DNA of 62,472 nt, filler included, from Nemertoderma westbladi (taxonomy: Eukaryota; Animalia; Xenacoelomorpha): assembly GCA_032718475.1 (NCBI GenBank). It is 3 parts of 3 records of this genome, joined end to end, with 100 filler letters (N's around TTAATTAATTAA, not from the genome) between each part and the next. Parts side by side here need not be neighbours in the genome. Positions count along the whole stretch, not along the records: positions 1 to 31,951 come from JAUCBJ010006458.1; 2 more parts are not named here. One strand, written 5' to 3'. Under the pieces are notes generated by a model. That model was given only the letters and a program-made list of their open reading frames with translations, was not told where the DNA came from and made no database searches. This document shows, piece by piece, positions 1 to 11,000 of this stretch. How positions within the stretch are numbered: position 1 is the stretch's first letter; every line of letters begins with the position of its first letter. The position numbers were made by a program, and so were the translations under genes.

Positions 1-237
1 TAAAGTGTTAAACCTTGGGATTATGAGTGACACACCCTCTCTGCTTCGTCTACGACATACCCATTACCTTGACCTTTGGGCGGGAAATTTGAATTTACCA
101 ACCATCAAACCTGTTTTTAACAAACAAGGAACAACTTGAACTTGTGCAGATAGTTATTTCAATACTGCAATAGGCTACCGGTAGTGATTGTTTCAGACAG
201 CACTTTGATAAATGTTTACAGGTTTTAGCATTACAAG

Positions 238-1824
238 ATGTCTAAAAGAATCGCGGATAAGGAGCTAACGCATATGAATTGGAATGAGGAAGAAGAACAG
301 GAAGAGCGTGGTGTTTACCGTGTAGCTTCGACGGAGGTGCTGCAGGAAAGAAAGAAGATTAAAGCAAGGAGAACGCTGGCACCCAGGCCTCAGACTACGT
401 CGACAACATTGGCTGCCGCAGGCGAGCCCGCGCGTTCCAGTCTATTTTCCGGAGTTTGTCTGTCAGCCCCTCCTAGACAGCCTACAGATCCTGTAGTTGT
501 TGGTACCCGAACGCCGTTTAATTCGAGTACCGTAATCGGTACGCCTAGTCCAACTAATGGAAATAGTTTCACTCCGAAACCGGAAGTAATCGAAACACGG
601 GTCGCCGAGAAACAACCTGTAACTCAGCCCACTCGACTAGCTTCGCCACAGGAACCTTCTATTATGGAGATGGCTAGGGGTACTAGCGATAGCCAAGGCG
701 TCGGGTCGCTGTCACCCTCTAAGAGGCCTGTTCAGTATAAATCCTTGTTGCGCAACTTAAACGAAGAGTTTGTCTCGTGGATCAGTGAACACGTTCGCTT
801 AGACCCGTATTGCATACTGACACCGTCCATGGATGATTACAACAAACATTTGACCGAATTGGATCGGGATTTTCCTATCGTAGAGTTGAGCGAGACATCT
901 CGCAATGTTTCCGACACGTCGCCGTATAAATCTCTTTCGACGGAAACTTCGTTGAGTCTGGCACCAAACGTAGCTCAGGAGAGGGCAGGGACCCCACCAT
1001 CGGTCATTGAGGAGGTGGGAGCCGGTGGATCGGTACAGGAGGGATTGGAGTCCCCCACATCCACCCAGGAGGGGGCCGGGACCCCCACATCCGCCAAGGA
1101 CGGCGCCGGGACCCCCACATCAAGTCTGCAGTCCACCGTGTTTCCACGCACACATTCGCCCCCACTCTGGGCTTCTAGCCGCCCCGATTTATCTTCTATT
1201 AAAGCCTCCCTGTCCGGGGGCCCACCCTCCTTCGCCTTCTCCGCTTCCCCAGACGTCGCCGCTCCAGTTCCTGCAGCAACGGGGCAGCCAGTCTCCGCAA
1301 CGGGGGGATTGTTCGGATCGGGCCCGGTAGGGGGCGCCCCTTCGTCGGTTGTTCCTGTAGCCCAGGAGACAGACGGAGGAGGTACCGATACCACAGAACC
1401 TCCGCTACCGCAGTTCAAACAGGTGATCGAGTCTGATTCCTTCTACTCAGCCCGTTGCAAGCTGTACTACCTGAAAGACGGCGGCTACAAAGACAAAGGG
1501 GTGGGCGTCGTGTATTTAAAGAATCTTAGCAATGGGTTGGTACAATTGGTAATGCGACACGATACTGCCCTGGGAAACTTACTGCTTAACATCGCCTTAG
1601 CCTCCAAGATGCCTTTCAACCAAACCAAGAACAACATCAGTTTCTGTTGCCTTGCCAACCCTCCATTGGAGACCAAGTGTCCAGACTGTGGCTCGGGTTT
1701 TATAGATGATGGCAATGAGTGTATAAAAGGTTGCGAACCCAACCCGACCACTATGCTACTCAAGCTGAAAACTGCGGAGGAAGCTGGTAATTTGATGGAT
1801 CAGTTAAAGTCATGCACGCAATAA
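238..1824 (+). CDS. NUP50: Nucleoporin Nup50 (single exon, 528 aa)
   Basis: N-terminal importin-alpha-binding motif MSKRIADKELTHMNWNEEEE...RKKIKARR; central LLRNLNEEFVSWISEHVRLDPYCILTP..DDYNKHL block; C-terminal Ran-binding domain (ESDSFYSARCKLYY..YKDKGVGVVYLK..QLVMRHDTALGNLLLNI). All recognised from known Nup50 sequences. Confidence 0.93.
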   Translation: MSKRIADKELTHMNWNEEEEQEERGVYRVASTEVLQERKKIKARRTLAPRPQTTSTTLAAAGEPARSSLFSGVCLSAPPRQPTDPVVVGTRTPFNSSTVIGTPSPTNGNSFTPKPEVIETRVAEKQPVTQPTRLASPQEPSIMEMARGTSDSQGVGSLSPSKRPVQYKSLLRNLNEEFVSWISEHVRLDPYCILTPSMDDYNKHLTELDRDFPIVELSETSRNVSDTSPYKSLSTETSLSLAPNVAQERAGTPPSVIEEVGAGGSVQEGLESPTSTQEGAGTPTSAKDGAGTPTSSLQSTVFPRTHSPPLWASSRPDLSSIKASLSGGPPSFAFSASPDVAAPVPAATGQPVSATGGLFGSGPVGGAPSSVVPVAQETDGGGTDTTEPPLPQFKQVIESDSFYSARCKLYYLKDGGYKDKGVGVVYLKNLSNGLVQLVMRHDTALGNLLLNIALASKMPFNQTKNNISFCCLANPPLETKCPDCGSGFIDDGNECIKGCEPNPTTMLLKLKTAEEAGNLMDQLKSCTQ

Positions 1825-2489
1825 ATTGTTTGTAGAGACACTCGGTATATGTTGTAGCGCGTGGTTACTCAGCATTAGGCGTGGGGCGAACCATGAATAA
1901 TACCCACAACGTATTATAAAGTTACACACCACGGGCATATAAAAACTGTAGTGTCTACCACCGCACCGGGATTGCGTACTGTTGGACCAAAATATATAAT
2001 GGTATAAATAATATTTAAGTACGATTTCTGTGCTCGGATCTACCAAACCCACAATTACGGAACATTATATTTAATTATTTACTACAGTAAAAATCGAAAG
2101 AACTACGATTCGATGTTTGTGAAATATAATCTTTTTACAATAAAGTTAATTTTATAGACGACATACATACTTAATGGTTTATCGGTCTGTGTATTATTGA
2201 TTTATTATCCTTATCGGAATATAATTCTATCATAACAATAATTTATAATATTTGATTTTTTTACAATAATTGATTTAGCTATAAATTTATAACGTTTAAG
2301 CTGCTGGTCAATCACATCACTGTCCCGTGAAAAAGAGGTGTCGCCGCTGTCAAAGTGCGTTCAAAAGGCCACGCAAAACCACCGCGCTGTCATGTCACCA
2401 CGATGTGTATCTATGTACCGGAGTTATCTATTTAACATATTACTTAGAATCGAATTGTAATGTAATATTATGACGTGACCTACAACAAA

Positions 2490-3268
2490 CTGTAGATACG
2501 ACCCGCCAAACCGCTGCAAAGCTCCAAAATTTAGTGGGCCAGTTATTTATCTTAGTTAGAATCCATGCAACACTTAGGTCTGGCCTGGCGGGTCGGCAGT
2601 ACTCGGCCTAAGTAAAATTATTTCCTCTTTCAGATGAGACAAATAATAATTCAATAGCTCCAGTAGTTTTCGAGATATGAGGATTTCCTGGCACCTTTCA
2701 GAATTGAAAAAAAATAACTCCTATTGATCAAAAACTATTAATAATGAATTCAACACATGTATGAAGTGTTGAATTCATTATTAATAGTTTTGTATTTATT
2801 AACAAGCGCGAAATCGCTCAAAGGTCCGCGTCTACTAACGCATGAACTGTCTCCTCCTTGAATGACTTAGGCTCTACTACCAATCTTACTACCAAAAAAT
2901 TAACCGGAAAGTTGGACTGAATCTCGCTGCGCGGACCGAATAAAAATCGGTGTTTTGACTTCTAATCTCACTTTCGATTGTTAATAATGAATTCAACACA
3001 CAAAAAATAATAATATAGGTGGCTATATCTCTGTCTTTAGAGGGAGGCGTATTTTGAGTAATTTTTTCAATTCAGAAAGATGCTGAAATGGGTGCCAGGA
3101 ACTCCTCAAATCTCGAAAACTACTAGAGCTATTAACTTTTTATTTGCCTAATCTGAAAGAAGACATCATTTTAGTTAACTTTCAGGGATTCTAATAGTCT
3201 AACTAAGAGAAAGCACTGGCCCACTAAATTTAAGGGCTTCGCAGAAGCTTGGCGGGTCGTATTTATAG
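2490..3268. mobile_element. Foldback/MITE-like element with long imperfect terminal inverted repeats
   Basis: CTGTAGATACGACCCGCCAA (2490) is the near reverse complement of TTGGCGGGTCGTATTTATAG (3249-3268). Inverted similarity continues inward (2630-2720 vs 3055-3160). No ORF. Confidence 0.75.
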
Positions 3269-3290
3269 TAAGGTCATGATTATGATTTTA

Positions 3291-3555
3291 CGAGACAGGG
3301 GGGGGCGCGTGGGACTGGACGCAAATCCCATCTTGGCGACTTAATAGCCCGCCTCAAATGTTAAATTCTCAATTTAGGGAAAGGAGCAGGTTACATTGGC
3401 ACGTCATTTTAACCAAAACTATAAACTAAACACAATAGAACAGGTTACAGTTTTATTTGTGGGAATATTCAGCTGTTATTTGCGTCCAATTACCCCTGGA
3501 GATGGATGTATTTTTTATTGCGTCCAGTTCCCCCCCCCCCCCCCCCCCCCCCCCT
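3291..3555. repeat. Left arm of a ~260-bp inverted repeat pair (partner 22125-22375)
   Basis: GAGACAGGGG...GGGAAAGGAGCAGGTTACA...TTGCGTCCAG-poly(C) is mirrored at 22125-22375. It contains one unit of the ~59-bp satellite seen at 30.2, 33.1 and 36.3 kb. Confidence 0.8.
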
Positions 3556-3934
3556 ATCTGGATTTTACAGTTACACCATGTCTTGGAATATAGTGATATT
3601 CATGTACCTGCCACCCCCCCCCCCCCCCCCCCCCCCCTCCCCCCACCCACAAATTTTTCTACAATTCTTAATTAAGATTGCATGAAATTTGAAACAGGGT
3701 TCGTTTCATCTCCCTCCTCCTTAGTGGGTGAGCGGGAATTTTTATTTTTTTATTTTTACATTCATTAGCTACAACCTTTTAAAAACGCTTTCGGTACGTA
3801 TTCTACATTAATGTTTAGCTCCCAGGACCTGAATAAATTTGAGCAATAACCAGTTTTTTTAATTGTTTAATTTGTTAAATAATAATGTCGTAATAAGTAT
3901 AACTACTGTACATACTTTATATTTATATTTTCAT

Positions 3935-4898
3935 CCGTAGGGTTTTCCTGGCCGCTGGTTTCATTGCTGATGTCAGTTTTTGCGACCGACCAACTCCAGG
4001 ATGTCTGTGTCTGTATGTATGTCTGGTTTGTTTTGTTTTGTCTGTCAGTCTGTCTGTCAAAAAATACGGAAGCATACTATGTACAGTAATAAAAACATTC
4101 GCCATGCGGGTTTTCCAGGTCTCTGATTTCATTTCTGATGTTAGTTTTTACGACTGACCAACTCTAGGCTATCTTTGTCTGTATGTATGTCTGTCAGTCT
4201 GTCTGTCAAAAAATAATGAAGCATACTATGTAATAAAAACATTCGCCATGGGGGTTTTTCAGGTCGCTGATTTCATTTCTGATGTCAATATCTACAACTG
4301 ACCAACACTAGGATGTATGTGTCAGTGTCTGTATGTATGTCTGTTTGTCTGTCAGTCTGTCTTTCTAAAAATAAGGGAGCATACTATGTAATAAATACAT
4401 TCGCCATGGGGGTTTTCCAGGTCTCTGATTTCATTTCTGATGTCAGTTTTTACGACTGAACAATTATAGGCTGTCTGTGTCTGTTTGTATGTATGTTTGT
4501 CTGTCAGTCAAAAAATAAGGAAGCATATTATACATACAGCACAGTGTGTCGTGAATCGAGCAGACGTGAAAACTGACATCAGAAATGAAATCAACGAACA
4601 GGAAAAACTCTGTTGAAACTGAAAGTAGTGCTATCAACATCAGAGGACATACAATACCGTATATTGTTATGCTTTAGCCCTACTGTTATCTTTGCCTGTT
4701 TAACCATAATATTAATCTGTTAGCCAATCAGAGTCGAGGAAATATTTATTCCGTAACTGAATTGGGATGACGCCTTATGCGCTGAATGGGAATTTATAAT
4801 GTTTCCTAACAACCGGAGTAGGCCTATAGTTTAACTTTAAAGCCAATAATATCAAGTATATTCCCATGGCACAACAGTTGTGCCATAGCGCAGTTGCC
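3935..4898. mobile_element. Left part of a piggyBac-like non-autonomous element split by the LTR retrotransposon
   Basis: About four ~150-bp internal repeats (GGGTTTTCCAGGTC..GATTTCATTTCTGATGTCAGTTTT + CTGT microsatellite) resemble those in 13719-14700. The subterminal hairpin CATGGCACAACAGTTGTGCCAT resumes after the 3' LTR. Left terminus not resolved. Confidence 0.6.
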
Positions 4899-6138
4899 TG
4901 TAAAAGCTTTTGCGGATATAACCAGTCATTTTTCTCCGCAATGAACTGTTTAGTTGTTTTAGCGGACATAACAAGCCATTTTCTCCGCAATGTACCCTGT
5001 AGGTGTTTTAGCGGACATAACAAGCCATTTTATGCCGCAATACGCCAAATACTCTAAATAGAGTGTAGTTCAGATGACGACATCTGTCAGCTGATTTACT
5101 GCCAGCGTGGAGCTTTTCTTTGTTCTTTGTTCGGCTCGCTCGACCAATCAGAGCGATTTTCACTTTGTGTTGGACAGTGCCTATAGAAACCCACGCAATT
5201 CAGTCAGTGTGTATCTTTTCTAAGCCCAGAACACCGGCTTAGGATTCTTCTGTACTTCTGTGTTAGAAGTTTCAGACTTTGGCCAACATTAGACGGCTTG
5301 ATTACAAGAACGTAAATCTATTATCTGACTCTGAATCACTGACTGATGAAACTGCTGACTGGCTGACTGCAGTCTGCACTGACTGAACAACTTTGATACT
5401 GCACCTACCAACTGCGGTACCGGTATTACCGATACTGGCTGAATATCACCGCATTATTGTACTTCTGTTTACTGTCTGTTATTAATGGTTATATGTTGAT
5501 GGATATGTTGTTATATTTGGAGAATATCGATAAATAATCATAAAACCCCAATCTTCTTGATTACTAAAGGTTAGAGGGACCGGTTACCGGTAGCAACTGC
5601 GACTTACTGTACATTACATTGGTTTTAGTGTGCAGTAAATGCTATTTCATAATCCCTGCGTGTGTCAGTGGCTATCCTCCTTATATATGATCAAATTCAG
5701 TGACGGTCGGCAGATCAGTGTGCAGCAGTGTGAAATCGTATGCAGCAGTGTGACAGATAATAAAGCATCTCCTAAAGAATGCGCTATTTACGAAAATCAT
5801 TAGCCATCTCGTTGTGTTTAGTATAAGTCATAACTCTGTTTTATACTTAAAGCGCCACGTCCTAAAGGAACTGTTAATATTTCCCTGAAAGTGAATAATA
5901 TTGTCAGAGATTATATAGTAACGATCAATCGAATAATACAGTAGGTCTGCAACGCAATAAGGTCAAAGCATCCGAATCCAGTCTCCCTTAACTGTGGGTG
6001 AATGATCGCGCATAGACTGGCTTCGGCTAATGTTACTTTATGTGCATTAAATCATTGTTATAGGCTAAAGTCGATTTATAAACAAGAGGACACCTAAAAT
6101 TGGCAGGTTAAACTGCTAAAGGTCTGAAAGCGCGAACA
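4899..6138 (+). repeat. 5' LTR (1240 bp)
   Basis: Begins TGTAAAAGC and ends CGCGAACA. Matches 20474-21708 except for about 8 substitutions and one 5-bp indel found by eye. Three short ~45-bp repeats at the start; CCAAT near 5143. Confidence 0.96.
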
Positions 6139-7652
6139 ATAATAGATTTCTAGATTCTTTATTGCACCGTAGGCAATAAAGTCGAAGGTACCGGTCGAAT
6201 GGTAAGCTGTAGGCCTGACTGCCCGACTACCCGAACCGGTACTTACAGGTACAGCAGTATTATTCGATTTTGATAATTATATACCGGTAGGTCTTGATAT
6301 TTAATCAGGGACGGCCGCCCTGGTTTTTTATTGGGATTTTACTTATTTCTGTCAGTTTTATTTATCTGTAAGTTAATATTGAGTAGAAGGCATGTAAGCC
6401 TGCTCAGATTGTACAAGTAATTTGTAGGCTGGATTGTTGTCTGGCTGTTGTCAGGTCCAAAGAGATTGCAGTGTGTGTAGAGTGTATGTCCGATAAAATA
6501 CTAGTTAGGAAGGTGGGGACATCCAGTGTTGTAAGGTAAATCCCCTCCGAAAGAATAAGTCGTACTACTCGGTTAGAACGCATACTAACTAACCATTTCG
6601 GAGTCTGCATATACTGTAGTTTATTTAGGCTTGATAGTAGTCTGTCAGCATTTGGTTTGTATTTTGTTTGTGTAGTCTGTACGGGTAGCGTAATATTTAT
6701 TATTCAGAGTTTATGCGATTATTCGCAACATACATAACTCCCTAAGTTTAACTCCCTAAGTAATTGTGCTTGTTATACATACCGTTATAGTTAAATTAAC
6801 CCCGGTACTACATCAGGGCTGTTTGGCGTAGGTAAAGACTGGTGATTTTATGCTCTAGTCACTCCAGCAGATACCATGGTTCTTTTAGCTGTACAAGTAT
6901 TTTTAACTGCTGGTTATTTGTTGTATAAGTACTTGTACCTAATTTAGGGTTTAGTGTACAGTGCTTTCCGAAGGTAATTAGTGTGTAGGCAGTATATTTG
7001 TGTTGTAAAGTGGTTAATAGGCACGTTAGCTCTGGTTGGCTGCGGTAATTAACTTCTAGGTAGGAACACTCCGGGTACATAACGTAGTAATTATAGAGCT
7101 GTACAGCGAAAGACTATAAGTCGTCAGACGGTGGTATTTTCTTATCTGGACAACGCAATTTATTTACTACTGCTTAATTATTTTCAAATACCGTAGTATC
7201 CTGTCCGTTGTAATAACCAGAAATTCTAACCCCTTGTTAGGCTGGTTTGTAGATTTCCTGTAAAATTACCCTAAAATTTGTACGTGTAAATTTTTGTGTT
7301 TATTTAGAGATTGTAATCTCACCCCGTAATTGTACGTAATTTGTAGTAATAAGTAACTGAGGCAAGTAGAATTATTTGTTTTAATGTCCAACAAGTAGCA
7401 CTTCACTGAGAGCGTACAGCTTCTGTGTAGTGACTCCTTACCAGAAATAATAACATTTATTTCAAATATTGTCAAAAAACCCATTATAAGGGTATATATA
7501 TATTATAAATCAACTCAAACCAATTTATAAAATAGTAGGCCTGTTATCCATCAATTAGGTCTTAATATCAGTTGGACTACTGCTTAATAACAGTAATAAA
7601 GTAAAGGAAAGTAATCCTAAAATTCAGAAATTCAGTTGTTATAAAATAATTG

Positions 7653-7915
7653 ACATACCGGTATTTACTATAGGCTTATTATATTTGTTTATATATAAAT
7701 TTATGCTGAAATTATATACCGGTATTCTGTAATTAATTCTAGTCTATAATTATACTTATATATACTATAAGTGTAAGCTTTATACCGGTATTCACGGTAG
7801 GCTTATTATATATTTATATATATTTGTGCTGAAATTATATACCGGTATTCTGTGACAAACTCTAGTCTGTAATAATACTTATATATATACTGTAAGTGTA
7901 TACCGGTATTCTAAT
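7653..7915. repeat. Imperfect tandem duplication in the element's 5' leader
   Basis: TAGGCTTATTATAT...GCTGAAATTATATACCGGTATTCTGT...CTCTAGTCT block occurs twice, punctuated by ATACCGGTATT. Confidence 0.6.
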
Positions 7916-8047
7916 ATATTATATATATATCGCGTTACATTGAGTAACGGTATCGGTAATTAATTACTAGGCTTACAGTTGATACTGAATTACTAGACTT
8001 GCTTTAACTGTCATTATAGTAGTAGGCATTCAACTGTACAATCCAAC

Positions 8048-11000
8048 ATGGCTGACACAAAGCAAACTCTGTCAGATAGTCTCCTAGAAAAAACAGTCTG
8101 CGACTCCGACAGGAGTGCTGAACATTTGAGACCGAAGTCCAAGTCCCCTCCTACTGTAAGAAAGGTCATCCCTCCAGTAGTAGTATCAGACCCTAGGCTA
8201 GTAAAGCACCGTAGGTCTATCATAGGCACTCGGGCTCAAGTCAAGCGGGACCAAGAGGCAGCTGTTAAACAGCAGCAACACTCGAACCGAGAACTTATTT
8301 CTCAGCGGACCGATAGCTCCAGTAGTTCAGATACTGTAGAGTTGACACCCGAGCGCGGAGAAAAGATGGCAGAAGCAGTTTATTCGGATCCACTTCTCAT
8401 TCTTCCTGAAGCCGTACTCACTAGGGTATTGATTGCGGTGGAGGAACATCAAATCGATTGGGCGAGAAGTAAGCGATCGACCAAGGACAGTTACGCGGGA
8501 TATACAATGGAGGAACTTAAGTCTATTGTCGAGACGCAATGGAACTTCCCCGGACCCGGACTCCCGTTTAACTTATCGGAAGCTGCCTGGGAGGACTTAT
8601 ACAGGATGGGAGTAGTAAAGGACACTAGAGATCCAGCTGTGTGGAAGAGGTCGGCAGCAGGATATGTACAGGGGTTCTTCATGGAGCGATTAGAGGAACA
8701 ACTGTTTCAACAACCCCAAGGACCTCAAGAGCAGGGAGAGCTGCTTTATCAAGTTCGAGAACGTATCCTAAGAATCAGACTAATCCTATCGGCCTTTGAG
8801 GAAGCTTCGAAAAGAAGCCAAGACACGTCATTGCAAGTTGCCGTAAAGACTTGGTTCCAGCGGGTGGGTCTCAATGTTCAAGGAATGGCCCAGTGGAAAA
8901 TTCATCTGGCTGAGCGCTCAACCCACGGAGAATCAACAGACGCTACTTTTTCTCAAGTGGAAAGCGAAGCGACATCAGAGAAACCTCAGAAGAAGGACGC
9001 CATTGACATCTATCTGTCGGACTATCAACGATTTATAGGTGACAAAGAGTTGAGGAGACGGCTGGCTGGACTTCGCCCTACTAGTGAAGGAGCCCAGTTT
9101 GTGTTGGACGCATTAGATGCGGAAATGTTAGCTGCGAACCAATCTAAATTTGATGAAAGAATCCGCATCGCTAGGGTCCAAGAAGAACAGGTAAAGAAAA
9201 AATGTATAGAAGACCGAAAGGCGGCAGCAGCGGCAGCTGCAGAAGTTGAAAGAAAAGTGGCAGCGGCAGAAGCAGAAGCGGAAAGAAAGGCAGCAGCGGC
9301 AGCTGCAGAAGTTGAAAGAAAAGCGGCAGCAGCAGAAGCAGAAGCGGAAAGAAAAGCGGCAGCGGCATTGGCAGAGGCAGAAAGAAAAGCGGGAGAGGCA
9401 GTGGTGGAAGCAGAACGGAGAGCATCTGAGGAGACAGCTTCAAGAGAAGCAAGACTACTTTACTAAACAGAGAACAGCTAGTCATATGCAGATGATAAGT
9501 CGATCTACTCCCAAGAGACAGGGATTTACATCATCTGATGAAGGCGATACAACAGATCCTGAAGGCGGAGGAAATAGATCTCGTTCCAGCAGACATAGAA
9601 GAACGCCTCACCATCAGAAATTGCCTAATTTGCCCCCAGCTGTGAGAAGGCAACTAGCTAGTGCAGACTTAAGTAGTACAGAACCCACAGACCAAATTAT
9701 TAGAGTAGAAAGACTCCCTACTATAGTAGATGAGCCTGAAATAATTAGGCCTGTTCTCGAAGCCACCACTTCTGTGATAGAGACCCCTGTACTTCCAGAA
9801 CCTAACTCTAAATTCCCTTTGCACAGTACTAAACTACCTGTACCTAGTAGGACTGTTCCAGAGTCAATTCCAGTCCTGGACGCCGAGCGAGACATTAACG
9901 ATTTATCGCCCGTCGTCCCTCGTCTACCCGCTACTATGTTGGCGGCTCCCGCTTCGGCGGTAGAGTGGGTGGATGAGGGACGGCGGGAGATGGGTCTCCT
10001 GCTCGGGCAGCTGAGGGAACACCGTTTGTGTTCCTCTCAGCAGGTCCGGGAGATGGAAGGGACTGTTCAACAGTTAAAGGGAACAGTCAGAGAGGGTAGG
10101 TTAGAGTTGCAAGAAGTGCAGCAGAGTATCGCGTTAGAACGCGATAAATTGGTAAATATACAAAGAGGTATACCACCACCCCCTGTAACAATGTGTCAAC
10201 CTGTTAGGTCTGAAGTATTTCATGCGCAAGGTGTGGAGCCTACACGCATCTATACTGCTAGTGAAGTAGAAACTCCTATAGTAAACCCTATTAAGGGTAA
10301 CGATAAACCTGTTGATAATGATATTCCCTATAGACCTGATCCTAATCCGAGAAATTTATATACCGATAACTCGATATTAAATAATACAATGGCCCAAGAA
10401 AGTTTTACGCGTCAAATGGCTAGAACCGAAGCCCGACAAGCGGTAAAGGTGGGAGAAATCGTCAAGTTCAATGGAGATGAGATGAAATGGTTGCCTTTTA
10501 ATGAATATTATAAAGATAACATACAGAACTCTGTGCTATCTAACGGAGAGAAACTTAGATTCCTCATTGAGTGCTTGGAAGGATCTCCCAAGTTAATGGC
10601 GTTAAAGTTTATTGGACATCCAGATGGATTAAGACAAGTTTGGGACACACTAAACATCAGGTATGGTAATAGGAATAACATAGCTAGGTATTTGTATGCG
10701 AAATTAGTAGCGCCACGAAAGTTTCTTAGCAGCGGGATTATAGAATTTTCCAATGAGATCCAGGAGATTTGTAGACAATTAGATTGGCTAGGTAAGTCTC
10801 ATGAGTATCAGAGTTCTATGGTTATTGGAGCTGTAGCATCTACCTTGCCAAAGGGTGGAGTGGGTACTCGTTGGGACAAAAGAGTTCTGTATATGATGGA
10901 ACAACAACGAAGAGACCCTACCATGGCTGATCTCATGTCATTCTTAGATGGAGAGGTAAAATTACAGCTCCTAAAGCAGTCCAGAGAGAAGACACCGGAA

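Noticed and set aside
4775-5057. Short ORFs overlapping LTR starts (also 20392-20598 and 20702-20890)
   Set aside because: Incidental frames in LTR repeats with no coding signal.
5330-5390. CTGATGA in the LTR as a hammerhead ribozyme core
   Set aside because: It lies in a run of ACTG repeats and lacks stem II and a correctly placed GAAA.
9410-9466. Programmed frameshift between ORF 8048-9466 and ORF 9246-12830
   Set aside because: No recognisable slippery site, it falls upstream of the Gag core, and the element has other random lesions; more likely a mutation.
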